A DNA stretch of 36,917 nucleotides. Origin: a virus (taxonomy: Duplodnaviria > Heunggongvirae > Uroviricota > Caudoviricetes). The notes below the pieces were generated by a model. It did no database searches. It was not told where the DNA came from and saw nothing but the letters and a program-made list of their open reading frames with translations. Positions 26,207 through 36,659 of this stretch are shown in pieces. The stretch is taken from the IMG/VR virus record IMGVR_UViG_2711768076_000013, one strand, 5' to 3'. Made by a program: the position numbers and the translations under genes. The stretch's first letter is position 1, and every line of letters begins with the position of its first letter.

Positions 26207-26773
26207 ATGCTTATTGGCTATGTACGCGTGTCAACAAATGACCAGAACACCGATTTGCAACGTAATGCACTGAACTGCGCGGGATGTGAGCGGATTTTTG
26301 AGGATAAAATCAGTGGCACTAAGTCCGACAGACCGGGGCTTAAAAAACTGCTCAGGACACTATCGGCAGGAGACACTCTGGTTGTCTGGAAGCTGGACAG
26401 ACTGGGGCGCAGTATGCGGCATCTTGTTACGCTGATAGAAGAGTTGCGCCAGCGTGGCGTGAATTTCCGAAGCCTGACTGACAGTATTGATACCAGTACC
26501 CCAATGGGCCGTTTCTTTTTTCATGTTATGGGTGCCCTGGCTGAAATGGAACGCGAACTGATAGTTGAACGTACCAGGGCAGGGCTGGCTGCAGCTCGTG
26601 CCAAAGGCAGAGTAGGTGGACGCCGTCCTAAGTTGACCACCGAACAGTGGGCACAGATTGGGCGTTTACTTGAGGCCGGAGAATCAAGACAGCGTATTGC
26701 ACTGATTTTTGATGTAGGCGTTTCTACTATTTATAGAAAATTTCCGGCAAATAAGAGCAATGAATCTCCCTGA
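26207..26773 (+). CDS. Serine DNA invertase (Hin/Gin/Cin/Pin family)
   Basis: Start at ATG 26207 (the ORF track extends upstream). N-terminus MLIGYVRVSTNDQNTDLQ has the catalytic serine context of resolvase/invertase enzymes; 188 aa; C-terminal HTH-like region. Confidence 0.9.
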   Translation: MLIGYVRVSTNDQNTDLQRNALNCAGCERIFEDKISGTKSDRPGLKKLLRTLSAGDTLVVWKLDRLGRSMRHLVTLIEELRQRGVNFRSLTDSIDTSTPMGRFFFHVMGALAEMERELIVERTRAGLAAARAKGRVGGRRPKLTTEQWAQIGRLLEAGESRQRIALIFDVGVSTIYRKFPANKSNESP

Positions 26774-26821
26774 ATCAGCATTATTTTGATTATCCCTGCA
26801 AGCAGACAAATACCGTCATTT

Positions 26822-26839
26822 TGTGTGAATAACGGTACA
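26822..26839. promoter_or_regulatory. Late promoter activator (Ogr) binding dyad, TGT-N12-ACA
   Basis: TGTgtgaataacggtACA about 80 bp upstream of the sheath gene start. Confidence 0.55.
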
Positions 26840-26915
26840 ACTGCGCTTAGCTGTTTGTCAGGCACAATCACTTCAACATAGGGCGAAGCCTAATCCAATC
26901 AGGAGGTTCGCCACT

Positions 26916-28088
26916 ATGGCTCAGGATTACCACCACGGGGTGCGCGTTGTTGAAGTCAACGAAGGCACCCGATCCATTACCACGGTGAGCACCGCCATCG
27001 TGGGTATGATCTGCACGGGCGATGATGCCGATGCAAAAATGTTTCCTCTTAATAAACCCGTGCTGATCACTGATGTGCTGACTGCCAGCGGTAAAGCGGG
27101 TGAGTCCGGTACTCTGGCCCGTTCGCTGGATGCCATCGCTGACCAGGCAAAACCCGTGACCGTTGTTGTGCGTGTGCCGCAGGGTGAAACGGAAGACGAA
27201 ACCACGACCAATATCATCGGCGCTGTGACTGCTGAAGGTAAAAAAACAGGCATGAAAGCCCTGCTATCTGCCCAGTCACAGCTCGGCGTTAAACCGCGCA
27301 TTCTCGGCGTGCCAGGTCACGATAACAAAGCCGTTGCGACTGAGTTGCTGAGCGTGGCGCAAAGCCTGCGTGGGTTTGCTTACCTGTCAGCGTATGGCTG
27401 CAAGACGGTACAGGAGGCGATCACTTACCGTGAAAACTTCAGCCAGCGCGAAGGAATGCTGATCTGGCCCGACTTTACTGGCTGGGATACGGTGTTGAAT
27501 GCCGAAGCAACGGCATATGCCACCGCCCGTGCGCTTGGTCTGCGCGCCAAAATTGATGAGCAGACCGGGTGGCACAAAAGCCTGTCCAACGTGGGCGTGA
27601 ACGGTGTCACCGGAATTTCTGCAGATGTGTTCTGGGATCTGCAGGACCCGGCAACCGATGCGGGACTGCTTAACCAGAACGACGTCACCACGCTTATCCG
27701 CAAAGACGGTTTCCGCTTCTGGGGTTCCCGCTGCCTGAGTGATGACCCGCTCTTTGCCTTCGAAAACTACACCCGCACGGCGCAGGTACTGATGGACACG
27801 ATGGCAGAAGCGCATATGTGGGCGGTGGACAAACCGCTGAACCCGTCGCTGGCCCGCGACATTATCGAAGGTATCCGCGCCAAAATGCGCAGCCTGGTCA
27901 GTCAGGGGTATCTCATTGGTGGTGATTGCTGGCTGGACGAGTCGGTGAACGACAAAGACACGCTGAAAGCCGGAAAACTCACCATCGACTATGACTACAC
28001 GCCAGTGCCGCCACTTGAAAATCTGATGCTGCGTCAGCGCATCACCGATCAGTACCTGGTGAATTTTGCCAGCCAGGTCAGCGCGTAA
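26916..28088 (+). CDS. FI: Tail sheath protein FI
   Basis: 390 aa with AGGAGG upstream; size matches P2 FI. Confidence 0.85.
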   Translation: MAQDYHHGVRVVEVNEGTRSITTVSTAIVGMICTGDDADAKMFPLNKPVLITDVLTASGKAGESGTLARSLDAIADQAKPVTVVVRVPQGETEDETTTNIIGAVTAEGKKTGMKALLSAQSQLGVKPRILGVPGHDNKAVATELLSVAQSLRGFAYLSAYGCKTVQEAITYRENFSQREGMLIWPDFTGWDTVLNAEATAYATARALGLRAKIDEQTGWHKSLSNVGVNGVTGISADVFWDLQDPATDAGLLNQNDVTTLIRKDGFRFWGSRCLSDDPLFAFENYTRTAQVLMDTMAEAHMWAVDKPLNPSLARDIIEGIRAKMRSLVSQGYLIGGDCWLDESVNDKDTLKAGKLTIDYDYTPVPPLENLMLRQRITDQYLVNFASQVSA

Positions 28089-28097
28089 GGGGACAAC

Positions 28098-28613
28098 ATG
28101 GCTTTACCACGCAAATTAAAACATCTGAACCTGTTTAACGACGGGAACAACTGGCAGGGGATCGTAGAGTCTTTGACGCTGCCGAAATTCACCCGCAAAT
28201 ATGAGAAGTATCGCGGCGGCGGAATGCCGGGTGCAGTGGATGTGGATCTGGGGCTTGATGACAGTGCTCTGGACACAGAATTTTCCATTGGTGGTACTGA
28301 ACTGCTGCTGTTTAAACAGATGGGCAAAGCCACGGTGGATGGCATCCAGTTGCGCTTTACCGGCTCTATCCAGCGTGATGATACCGGGGAAGTGCAGGCC
28401 GTGGAGCTTGTGGTACGTGGACGTCACAAAGAAGTGGATTCCGGCGAGTGGAAGACGGGCGAAAGCAACACCACCAAAGTGACCAGTACCAACAGCTACG
28501 CGAAGCTGACCATCAATGGTGAGGTGCTCTATGAAGTGGACCTCATCAACATGGTGGAAATCGTGGACGGTGTGGACCTGATGGAAGCACACCGTAACGC
28601 CCTCGGCCTCTGA
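28098..28613 (+). CDS. FII: Tail tube protein FII
   Basis: 171 aa directly after the sheath gene. Confidence 0.85.
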   Translation: MALPRKLKHLNLFNDGNNWQGIVESLTLPKFTRKYEKYRGGGMPGAVDVDLGLDDSALDTEFSIGGTELLLFKQMGKATVDGIQLRFTGSIQRDDTGEVQAVELVVRGRHKEVDSGEWKTGESNTTKVTSTNSYAKLTINGEVLYEVDLINMVEIVDGVDLMEAHRNALGL

Positions 28614-28667
28614 TGTATCTGAACGGCGCGGAATACCGCGCCAGAACCTAATTTACAGGACAGCAAA

Positions 28668-28970
28668 ATGAGCGATAAGCAGACTGAAAAGACCATTCAA
28701 CTGGATACCCCTATCAAGCGTGGTAAAACAGAAATCACCGAAATTGTGCTGCGCAAACCGCAGTCCGGTGCGCTGCGCGGTACACGCCTGCAGGCGATTA
28801 TGGATATGGATGTGAACGCGATGATGATCGTGATCCCCCGCATCTCCAGCCCGGCACTGACTGCACAGGAAATTGCAGAGATGGACCCGGCAGATCTCAC
28901 TGCTATGTCGGTTGAGGTTGTCACTTTTTTGTTGAAGAAGTCGGTGCTTGCCGGTTTACCGACAGCCTGA
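28668..28970 (+). CDS. E: Tail assembly chaperone E
   Basis: 100 aa immediately upstream of the tape measure gene; contains the slippery heptamer. Confidence 0.75.
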   Translation: MSDKQTEKTIQLDTPIKRGKTEITEIVLRKPQSGALRGTRLQAIMDMDVNAMMIVIPRISSPALTAQEIAEMDPADLTAMSVEVVTFLLKKSVLAGLPTA

Positions 28971-29104
28971 CGGTTGACGATCTGGTGGCAGATATCGCCA
29001 CCATTTTTCACTGGCCGCCATCCGTTACTGACGTTATGCCGCTGACCGAAGTGCTGGAATGGCGGTATAAAGCGATTCAGAGAAGCGGGGCCAACGATGA
29101 GTGA
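28668..29104 (+). CDS. Tail assembly chaperone E+E-prime (predicted -1 programmed frameshift product)
   Basis: T-TTT-TTG heptamer at 28925..28931; hand translation of the -1 frame from there reads open to TGA at 29102..29104, overlapping the tape measure start. Confidence 0.6.
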
Positions 29105-32100
29105 TAATAACCTGCGCCTGCAGGTCATTCTTAATGCGGTTGACAAACTCACCCGCCCATTCCGTGCTGCACAGGCCAGTTCGAAAGAGCTGGCTGGCGC
29201 AATCAGAAACTCCCGTGACGCATTAAAGCAACTCAATCAGGCGGGTAACAGCCTGGAAAAATTTCGCAAGCTGCAGGCCGATAACAAGAAGTTAGGCGAC
29301 AGGCTGAACTATGCCAGACAGAAGGCTAATTTGCTTAGCTCTGAGCTGGAGGCGATGGAACAACCATCACAACGGCACCTTGTGGCTTTAGGTCGGCAAA
29401 CGCTGGCAGTCCAACGCCTGGAAGAACAACAAAAATATTTGCAGAAGCAAACGGCGCTTGTGCGTGCAGAACTGTACCGGGCGGGAATTTCTGCGAAAGA
29501 TGATGCGGGAGCAACTGCCCGTTTAGCCCGTGAAACATCACGTTATAACCAGGAATTGTCGAAACAGGAGGCGCGCCTGAAGCGACTGGGGGAAGCTCAG
29601 CGCAGGATGAATGCGGCGCGTGCCAGTTATGCCCGTTCGCTGGAGGTGCGCGATCGTATTGCAGGAGCCGGAGCCACCACCACGGCTGCAGGGCTGGCAA
29701 TGGGTGCGCCAGTGATGGCGGCAGTAAAAAGCTATACCAGCATGGAAGATGCCATGAAAGGTGTGGCAAAGCAGGTCAATGGTCTGCGTGACGATAATGG
29801 CAACCGCACTGCACGTTTTTATGAAATGCAGGATGCCATCAAGGCTGCCAGCGAACAGTTGCCGATGGAAAACGGTGCGGTGGACTTCGCTGCACTGGTT
29901 GAAGGTGGGGCGCGCATGAACGTCGCAAACCCTGACGACAGCTGGGAAGACCAGAAACGTGACCTGCTGGCCTTCGCCAGCACGGCAGCAAAGGCGGCAA
30001 CAGCCTTTGAGTTGCCAGCGGATGAACTGTCAGAAAGTCTGGGGAAAATCGCCCAGCTCTACAAAATCCCTACCCGCAATATTGAACAGCTCGGCGATGC
30101 GCTGAACTATCTGGATGATAACGCCATGTCGAAAGGGGCAGACATCATTGATGTGATGCAACGTCTGGGCGGTGTGGCTGACCGTCTGGATTATCGTAAA
30201 GCGGCGGCGCTGGGTTCCACCTTCCTGACACTGGGCGCTGCGCCGGAGGTTGCAGCCAGTGCAGCAAACGCGATGGTGCGTGAATTGTCCATTGCCACCA
30301 TGCAAAGCAAGAGTTTCTTTGAAGGAATGAATCTGCTGAAACTCAATCCTGAGGTGATTGAAAAGCAGATGACGAAGGATGCGATGGGAACCATCCAGCG
30401 CGTGCTGGAGAAGGTGAACGCACTGCCGCAGGATAAGCGCCTGTCTGCCATGACCATGTTGTTTGGTAAAGAGTTTGGCGATGATGCGGCGAAACTGGCA
30501 AACAACTTGCCGGAACTGCAGCGCCAGCTAAAACTGACAGCGGGCAATGATGCGCTCGGTTCGATGCAGAAAGAATCCGACATTAACAAGGACTCACTTT
30601 CTGCGCAGTGGTTGCTGGTTAAAACCGGAGCGCAGAACACCTTCAGCAGCCTGGGCGAAACGCTGCGCCAGCCGCTGATGGATATTCTGTACACGGTGAA
30701 AAGCATCACGGGGGCGTTGCGCCGCTGGGTGGAAGCTAACCCGGAACTGACAGGCACACTGGTGAAAGTAGCGGCTGTTGTGGCTGCGGTTACCGTAGGC
30801 CTCGGCACCTTAGCGGTGGCGTTGGCTGCAGTGCTGGGGCCGCTGGCAGTGATCCGTCTGGGATTCTCTGTGCTGGGTATCAAAACGTTACCTTCCGTTA
30901 CGGCAGCAGTAACACGAACCAGCAGCGCGTTGTCCTGGCTGGCTGGCGCACCACTTGCACTGCTGCGACGCGGGCTTGCTTCAACGGGCAGCGCAGCGGG
31001 TTTACTTACTGCGCCGTTGTCGTCTTTGCGCCGCACGGCATCACTGACGGGAAATGTCCTGAAAACTGTAGCAGGTGCGCCGGTTGCACTTTTGCGGTCT
31101 GGATTATCCGGTTTACGTGCTGTTGCTGTGATGTTTATGAATCCACTGGCAGCACTACGCGGCGGGCTGACTGCCGCAGGCGCGGTGCTACGAGTACTGG
31201 CATCCGGTCCGCTGGTGATGCTGCGCGTTGCCCTGTATGCCGTGTCTGGTCTGTTAGGTGCTCTGCTCAGTCCGATAGGTCTTGTGGTTACTGCACTGGC
31301 GGGTGTGGCGCTGGTTGTCTGGAAATACTGGCAACCCATCACCGCGTTTCTCGGTGGTGTGGTGGAGGGATTCAAAGCAGCGGCAGGTCCCGTCAGTGCC
31401 GCGTTCGAACCACTTAAGCCTGTGTTCCAGTGGATTGGCGATAAAGTGCAGGCGTTGTGGGGCTGGTTTACTGATCTGCTGACACCCGTTAAGTCGACTT
31501 CTGCCGAACTGCAGAGCGCAGCGGAAATGGGGCGACGATTCGGGGAGGCGTTGGCGGAAGGGCTGAATATGGTTATGCATCCGCTGGACTCCCTCAAATC
31601 CGGCGTATCCTGGTTGCTGGAGAAACTCGGCGTTGTCAGTAAAGAGGCCGCAAAGGCGAAACTACCGGAAAGTGTGACGCGTCAGCAACCTGGGACGGTG
31701 AATACAGACGGTAAAGTGATGATGCCATCGGGTGGTTTTCCGTCATGGGGATATGGCTTTGCGGGGATGTATGACAGCGGCGGCTATATCCCGCGCGGGC
31801 AGTTTGGCATCGTCGGTGAAAACGGGCCGGAAATTGTTAACGGCCCGGCAAATGTGACCAGCCGGAGAAATACAGCTGCACTGGCTGCCGTTGTTGCCGG
31901 AATGATGGGCGTTGCTGCCGCGCCAGCAGAGCTTCCACCGTTGCACCCTTTGGCACTTCCCGCGAAAGGCGGCGAAGCGATGGTGAGTCGTGCAGCCACT
32001 GTGCCGCCCGTTCACCGGATTGAGGCACCGACGCAGATCATCATTCAGACGCAGCCAGGACAAAGTGCGCAGGATATTGCGCGGGAGGTGGCACGCCAGC

Positions 32101-32174
32101 TTGATGAACGTGAACGCAGGCTGAAGGCAAAAGCCAGGAGTAACTACAGCGATCAGGGGGGATACGACGCATGA
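29097..32174 (+). CDS. T: Tail tape measure protein T
   Basis: 1025 aa; coiled-coil N-terminal half, hydrophobic repeat-rich middle; follows the chaperone genes. Confidence 0.85.
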   Translation: MSDNNLRLQVILNAVDKLTRPFRAAQASSKELAGAIRNSRDALKQLNQAGNSLEKFRKLQADNKKLGDRLNYARQKANLLSSELEAMEQPSQRHLVALGRQTLAVQRLEEQQKYLQKQTALVRAELYRAGISAKDDAGATARLARETSRYNQELSKQEARLKRLGEAQRRMNAARASYARSLEVRDRIAGAGATTTAAGLAMGAPVMAAVKSYTSMEDAMKGVAKQVNGLRDDNGNRTARFYEMQDAIKAASEQLPMENGAVDFAALVEGGARMNVANPDDSWEDQKRDLLAFASTAAKAATAFELPADELSESLGKIAQLYKIPTRNIEQLGDALNYLDDNAMSKGADIIDVMQRLGGVADRLDYRKAAALGSTFLTLGAAPEVAASAANAMVRELSIATMQSKSFFEGMNLLKLNPEVIEKQMTKDAMGTIQRVLEKVNALPQDKRLSAMTMLFGKEFGDDAAKLANNLPELQRQLKLTAGNDALGSMQKESDINKDSLSAQWLLVKTGAQNTFSSLGETLRQPLMDILYTVKSITGALRRWVEANPELTGTLVKVAAVVAAVTVGLGTLAVALAAVLGPLAVIRLGFSVLGIKTLPSVTAAVTRTSSALSWLAGAPLALLRRGLASTGSAAGLLTAPLSSLRRTASLTGNVLKTVAGAPVALLRSGLSGLRAVAVMFMNPLAALRGGLTAAGAVLRVLASGPLVMLRVALYAVSGLLGALLSPIGLVVTALAGVALVVWKYWQPITAFLGGVVEGFKAAAGPVSAAFEPLKPVFQWIGDKVQALWGWFTDLLTPVKSTSAELQSAAEMGRRFGEALAEGLNMVMHPLDSLKSGVSWLLEKLGVVSKEAAKAKLPESVTRQQPGTVNTDGKVMMPSGGFPSWGYGFAGMYDSGGYIPRGQFGIVGENGPEIVNGPANVTSRRNTAALAAVVAGMMGVAAAPAELPPLHPLALPAKGGEAMVSRAATVPPVHRIEAPTQIIIQTQPGQSAQDIAREVARQLDERERRLKAKARSNYSDQGGYDA

Positions 32175-32656
32175 TGATGGTGCTGGGATTGTACGTGTTT
32201 ATGCTGCGCACCGTTCCGTATCAGGAACTGCAGTATCAACGCAGCTGGCGACATGCGTCAAACAGCCGGGTAAACCGTCGTCCGTCCACGCAGTTTCTGG
32301 GACCGGACAACGACATGCTGACGCTTTCCGGTGTTCTTATGCCGGAGATAACAGGCGGCAGGCTGTCGTTGCTGGCACTGGAGCAGATGGCAGAACAGGG
32401 GAAAGCATGGCCCCTGATTGAAGGTAGCGGCACGATTTACGGCATGTTTGTGATTGAGGGACTGAATCAGACTAAAACGGAGTTTTTCCGCAACGGTATG
32501 CCGCGCAGGATTGAGTTCACCCTGTCGCTAAAACGGGTGGATGAATCCCTGTCCGATATGTTCGGTGATCTCAGTACTCAACTGAATAATCTGCAGGACA
32601 CGGCAACGTCTGCCTTAAGCGATATCAGTAAAACGGTGGGAGGGCTGCTGTCGTGA
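32171..32656 (+). CDS. U: Tail protein U
   Basis: 161 aa; position and size as P2 gpU. Confidence 0.8.
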   Translation: MMMVLGLYVFMLRTVPYQELQYQRSWRHASNSRVNRRPSTQFLGPDNDMLTLSGVLMPEITGGRLSLLALEQMAEQGKAWPLIEGSGTIYGMFVIEGLNQTKTEFFRNGMPRRIEFTLSLKRVDESLSDMFGDLSTQLNNLQDTATSALSDISKTVGGLLS

Positions 32657-33753
32657 ATTTCAGCTCTGAACTGCTTAACAAAGGCAACAAAACTCCGGCA
32701 TTCAGCATCAGTATTGAAGGCAGGGATATAACCACTGTGCTGGACAACCGCCTGATGGGGCTTACGCTGACGGATAACCGGGGCTTTGAAGCGGACCAGC
32801 TTGATCTGGAGCTGGACGACGCTGACGGAAAAATCGTGCTGCCGCGCCGTGGTGCAGTCATTACGCTGGCGCTGGGCTGGAAGGGGCAGCCGCTTTTCCC
32901 GAAAGGGGCATTCACGGTGGACGAGATTGAACACACTGGCGCACCGGACCGCCTGACTATCCGGGCGCGAAGTGCTGATTTTCGGGAAACCCTGAATACC
33001 CGCCGTGAAAAATCGTGGCACAAGACCACAGTTGGGGAAGTGGTGAAGGAAATAGCCGCGCGGCACAAGCTGAAGATGGCACTGGGTAAAGACCTGTCGG
33101 ATAAGCCCGTGGAGCATATAGACCAGACTAATGAGAGTGACGGCAGTTTTCTGATGCGGCTGGCGCGCCAGTACGGTGCTATTGCATCGGTGAAAAATGG
33201 CAATCTGTTATTCATCCGGCAGGGTCAGGGTAAAAGCGCCAGCGGTAAACCACTGCCGGTGATCACTATCACACGTAAGGACGGCGACAGTCACCGCTTT
33301 ACCCTGGCAGATCGCGGAGCTTACACGGGCGTAATTGCCAGCTGGTTGCATACCCGCGAACCCGCGAAGAAAGAAAGCACTACGGTGAAGCGTAAGCGCA
33401 GGACTAAGAAGCAGAAGAAAGAGCCGGAAGCGAAGCAGGGCGATTACCTGGTGGGGACGGATGAAAACGTGCTGGTACTTAATCGCACCTATGCTAATCG
33501 GAGTAACGCCGAACGGGCAGCGAAAATGCAGTGGGAACGCCTGCAACGCGGCGTTGCGTCATTCTCGCTACAACTGGCGGAAGGGCGGGCAGATCTCTAC
33601 ACGGAAATGCCAGTGAAAGTCAGTGGCTTTAAACAGCCGATAGATGATGCGGAATGGAGCATTACGACTCTGACGCATACCGTCAGCCCGGATAACGGTT
33701 TTACGACCAGTCTGGAGCTTGAAGTGAGGATTGATGATTTCGAAATGGAATGA
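32653..33753 (+). CDS. D: Tail protein D (late gene D)
   Basis: 366 aa, last gene of the tail operon as in P2. Confidence 0.8.
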   Translation: MNFSSELLNKGNKTPAFSISIEGRDITTVLDNRLMGLTLTDNRGFEADQLDLELDDADGKIVLPRRGAVITLALGWKGQPLFPKGAFTVDEIEHTGAPDRLTIRARSADFRETLNTRREKSWHKTTVGEVVKEIAARHKLKMALGKDLSDKPVEHIDQTNESDGSFLMRLARQYGAIASVKNGNLLFIRQGQGKSASGKPLPVITITRKDGDSHRFTLADRGAYTGVIASWLHTREPAKKESTTVKRKRRTKKQKKEPEAKQGDYLVGTDENVLVLNRTYANRSNAERAAKMQWERLQRGVASFSLQLAEGRADLYTEMPVKVSGFKQPIDDAEWSITTLTHTVSPDNGFTTSLELEVRIDDFEME

Positions 33754-33843
33754 TTCTTCGCAATGGAGAACTTTTAAGTTTGCAAAATGGAATAATGCGG
33801 TATCATTATTGTGAATTTAGCAAAAATGGGGAGAACTCGAAAA

Positions 33844-34062
33844 ATGATGATTTGCCCACTGTGTGGAAGTGCCGCCCATACTCGCAGCAGTTTTCAGGTA
33901 TCTTCATTGACCAAAGAGCGTTACAACCAGTGCCAGAACATTAACTGCAGCCATACTTTTGTTACCCATGAAACTTTTGTTCGTTCGATTGCAACGCCAA
34001 AAGAGTCAAATCCGGTTCAGCCGCATCCAATGAAATCAGGACAGGTGGCGCTCTCTCTTTGA
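33844..34062 (+). CDS. ogr: Ogr/Delta-family zinc-finger late transcription activator
   Basis: 72 aa from ATG 33844; MMICPLCGSAAHTRS...KERYNQCQNINCSHTF has the CxxC...CxxxxC zinc-finger arrangement of P2 Ogr, and the length matches. Confidence 0.85.
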   Translation: MMICPLCGSAAHTRSSFQVSSLTKERYNQCQNINCSHTFVTHETFVRSIATPKESNPVQPHPMKSGQVALSL

Positions 34063-34142
34063 CGCTGTCGCCATTTTGTCGCCATCGTTAAAAAACAGTG
34101 CTTCTAACATCATGATTTTAAACAGCATAAATTTCAGGCAAC

Positions 34143-34185
34143 AAAAAACCCATCAACCTTGAACCGAAATGGCGGGGTTGATGGG
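34143..34185 (-). terminator. Putative rho-independent terminator (minus-strand orientation) at prophage/host junction
   Basis: CCCATCAACC ... GGTTGATGGG stem with a T-run on the minus strand (A-run 34143..34148 on plus), about 110 bp downstream of the ybjL stop. Confidence 0.4.
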
Positions 34186-34297
34186 CTCCACAAAATGGGG
34201 ACATCAAAGAAAAGCAGTGGCACTAATTAAGACTGATGCCCTGCGGAAAAGTTCTGCGGTTGTGCAAAAAAATTTCATTTTCAGGGCAACTTCAGTT

Positions 34298-35983
34298 TTA
34301 TCCTAATCCAGGCCATACCATGACGATGATTGTCCCTGCCAGCGTCAGCAGGACGTTGGCGATTGCGTAGGTGCCCGCATAGCCCAGCGCAGGGATGTTA
34401 CTGCGAGCTGTATCACTGATGATCTCCATTGCCGGCGCGCAGGTGCGTGCGCCCATCATTGCGCCGAACAACAGTGCGCGGTTCATTCGCAATACATAAG
34501 CACCGAACAAGAAACAGATAACCACGGGCACAAGACTGACAATTAATCCGGCAATCAACATCTGACCGCCAATCGCGCCCAGGCCGTTATTAATACCGCT
34601 ACCGGCGCTCAGACCAACGCCTGCCATAAACACCATCAAGCCGAACTCTTTCACCATGCTTAATGCACCTTGCGGAATGTAACCGAAGGTCGGGTGGTTA
34701 GCACGCATAAAGCCCAGCATAATTCCGGCGAATAACAACCCGGCAGCGTTCCCCATGCCGAAACTGAATGTGCTGAACTGGAAGGTGATCATCCCGATCA
34801 TCAGCCCAATAACAAAGAAGGCGCAAAATGCCAGCAGGTCAGTGACCTGGCTGTGAATCGAGATAAAGCCGATGCGATCGGCGATGGTTTTTACGCGACG
34901 GGCATCACCGCTGACTTGTAAAACGTCACCTTTGTTAAGCACGACGTTGTCATCTATCGGCATCTCAATCTGGCTACGAATGACGCGGTTAAGGAAGCAA
35001 CCGTGATCGGTCAACTTCAGTTGTGCGAGACGTTTACCTACAGCGTTATGGTTTTTAACGACCACTTCTTCAGTGACGATACGCATGTCGAGAAGGTCAC
35101 GATCGAAAACTTCTTTACCGTTACGGAAGCTGGGATCGAGTCGGGCATGGGCGTCGGGATAGCCTACCAACGCTATTTCATCGCCCATTTGTAGCACGGC
35201 ATCACCGTCTGGATTTGCAAGAATCCCGTTACGTCGAATACGTTCAATGTAGCAGCCGGTTTGTCGATAAATACCCAGTTCACGCAGATTTTTGCCGTCG
35301 GTCCAGGCCACGAGCTCCGGGCCGACGCGATAGGCGCGGATCACCGGTAAATAAACCTTACGGTTGGCATCAGTGTCCAGGCCACGTTCGCGGGCGATTT
35401 GCTGGGCGCTGGTCTGTAAGTCCTGATGCTGCAATTTCGGCAAGTAACGCGCACCAACAATCAAACTCACCAGACCGATTAAATAGGTTAAGGCATACCC
35501 GAGGCTCAGATTATCCAGTGCCAGTGAGAGCTGCCTGCTTTCCATGCCGGAATGACGCAGTGTATCGCCAGCACCGACCAGAACCGGTGTCGACGTCATA
35601 GAGCCTGCTAACATACCGGCCGTCAGGCCAATATCCCAGCCAAACAGCTTACCTAACCCTAAGGCGATCACCAGCGCACTGCCAACCATCACCAGTGCTA
35701 ACATTAGGTAATTTTTCCCATCGCGAAAAAAAATGGAAAAAAAGTTCGGTCCGGCTTCGACCCCGACGCAGAAAATAAACAGCATAAAGCCAAGATTAAG
35801 CGCATCGGTGTTAATGCTGAAATGTTGTTGGCCTAATAACAGCGATACGACTAAAACGCCAATGGAATTACCCAGTTGGATCGAACCAAGTCGTAACTTT
35901 CCGAGACATAGCCCAAGCGCGAGGACCACAAATAATAACAGAATGTAATTCCCATTTAACAATTCGGCGACGTTTATATTCAC
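34298..35983 (-). CDS. ybjL: Putative transport protein YbjL (AAE-family transporter with RCK/TrkA-C domains)
   Basis: 561-aa polytopic membrane protein; identified by size and by the adjacent ybjM-grxA neighbourhood as in E. coli. Confidence 0.8.
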
Positions 35984-36252
35984 GGAGGCTAACTTCTTGT
36001 TTACTAGTAAGCTGTTGAAAGAAATGGTAATTTACGATAATGTTTTTTACCAGAATTCAGGGCGCAGATTCATTCAGCGCACCTAAACGATAGTAAAGTA
36101 ACAATATATTTTACTAGTGTAATCACATTAGGTATCAACGGCTATATGAATTGCGTTGGCCTATATTAGCATGGAATGCGAAGCGGCTTTATCTTACTGA
36201 ACGCCACACTGGCGAAAAATGTGTTCGATAGACGCAGTGTCAGGAGGAACGA

Positions 36253-36630
36253 GTGAAACATAAACAACGTTGGGCGGGGGCAATCTGCTGTTTTGTCCTC
36301 TTCATTGTGGTGTGCCTTTTTCTGGCGACGCACATGAAAGGCGCTTTTCGGGCTGCCGGGCATCCTGAAATCGGCTTGCTATTTTTCATTCTTCCTGGAG
36401 CAGTCGCCAGCTTCTTTTCACAGCGTAGAGAAGTCCTGAAACCTCTGTTTGGCGCAATGCTGGCGGCACCCTGTTCGATGCTCATTATGCGGCTGTTTTT
36501 TTCACCGACGCGCTCATTCTGGCAAGAGCTGGCATGGTTACTAAGCGCGGTGTTCTGGTGTGCGCTGGGGGCACTGTGTTTCTTATTTATCAGTAGTTTG
36601 TTTAAACCACAGCACAGAAAAAATCAGTAA
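36253..36630 (+). CDS. ybjM: Inner membrane protein YbjM
   Basis: 125-aa hydrophobic protein between ybjL and grxA. Confidence 0.7.
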   Translation: MKHKQRWAGAICCFVLFIVVCLFLATHMKGAFRAAGHPEIGLLFFILPGAVASFFSQRREVLKPLFGAMLAAPCSMLIMRLFFSPTRSFWQELAWLLSAVFWCALGALCFLFISSLFKPQHRKNQ

Positions 36631-36649
36631 AGCCCTCAACGCGAGGGCT
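36631..36649. terminator. Hairpin between convergent ybjM and grxA (possible bidirectional terminator)
   Basis: AGCCCTC-aacgc-GAGGGCT perfect stem-loop. Confidence 0.4.
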
Positions 36650-36659
36650 TGTCAGACGA

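Noticed and set aside
30191-31597. 468-aa ORF on the minus strand inside the tape measure gene
   Set aside because: Antisense to a well-supported 1025-aa phage gene in a GC-rich repetitive region; the product is low-complexity (Ala/Ser/Pro/Thr/Arg-rich) and has no start context. Typical spurious antisense ORF.
33750-33944. 64-aa plus-strand ORF overlapping the ogr start
   Set aside because: Different frame across the conserved Ogr zinc-finger coding region, and no Shine-Dalgarno; ogr is the supported call.
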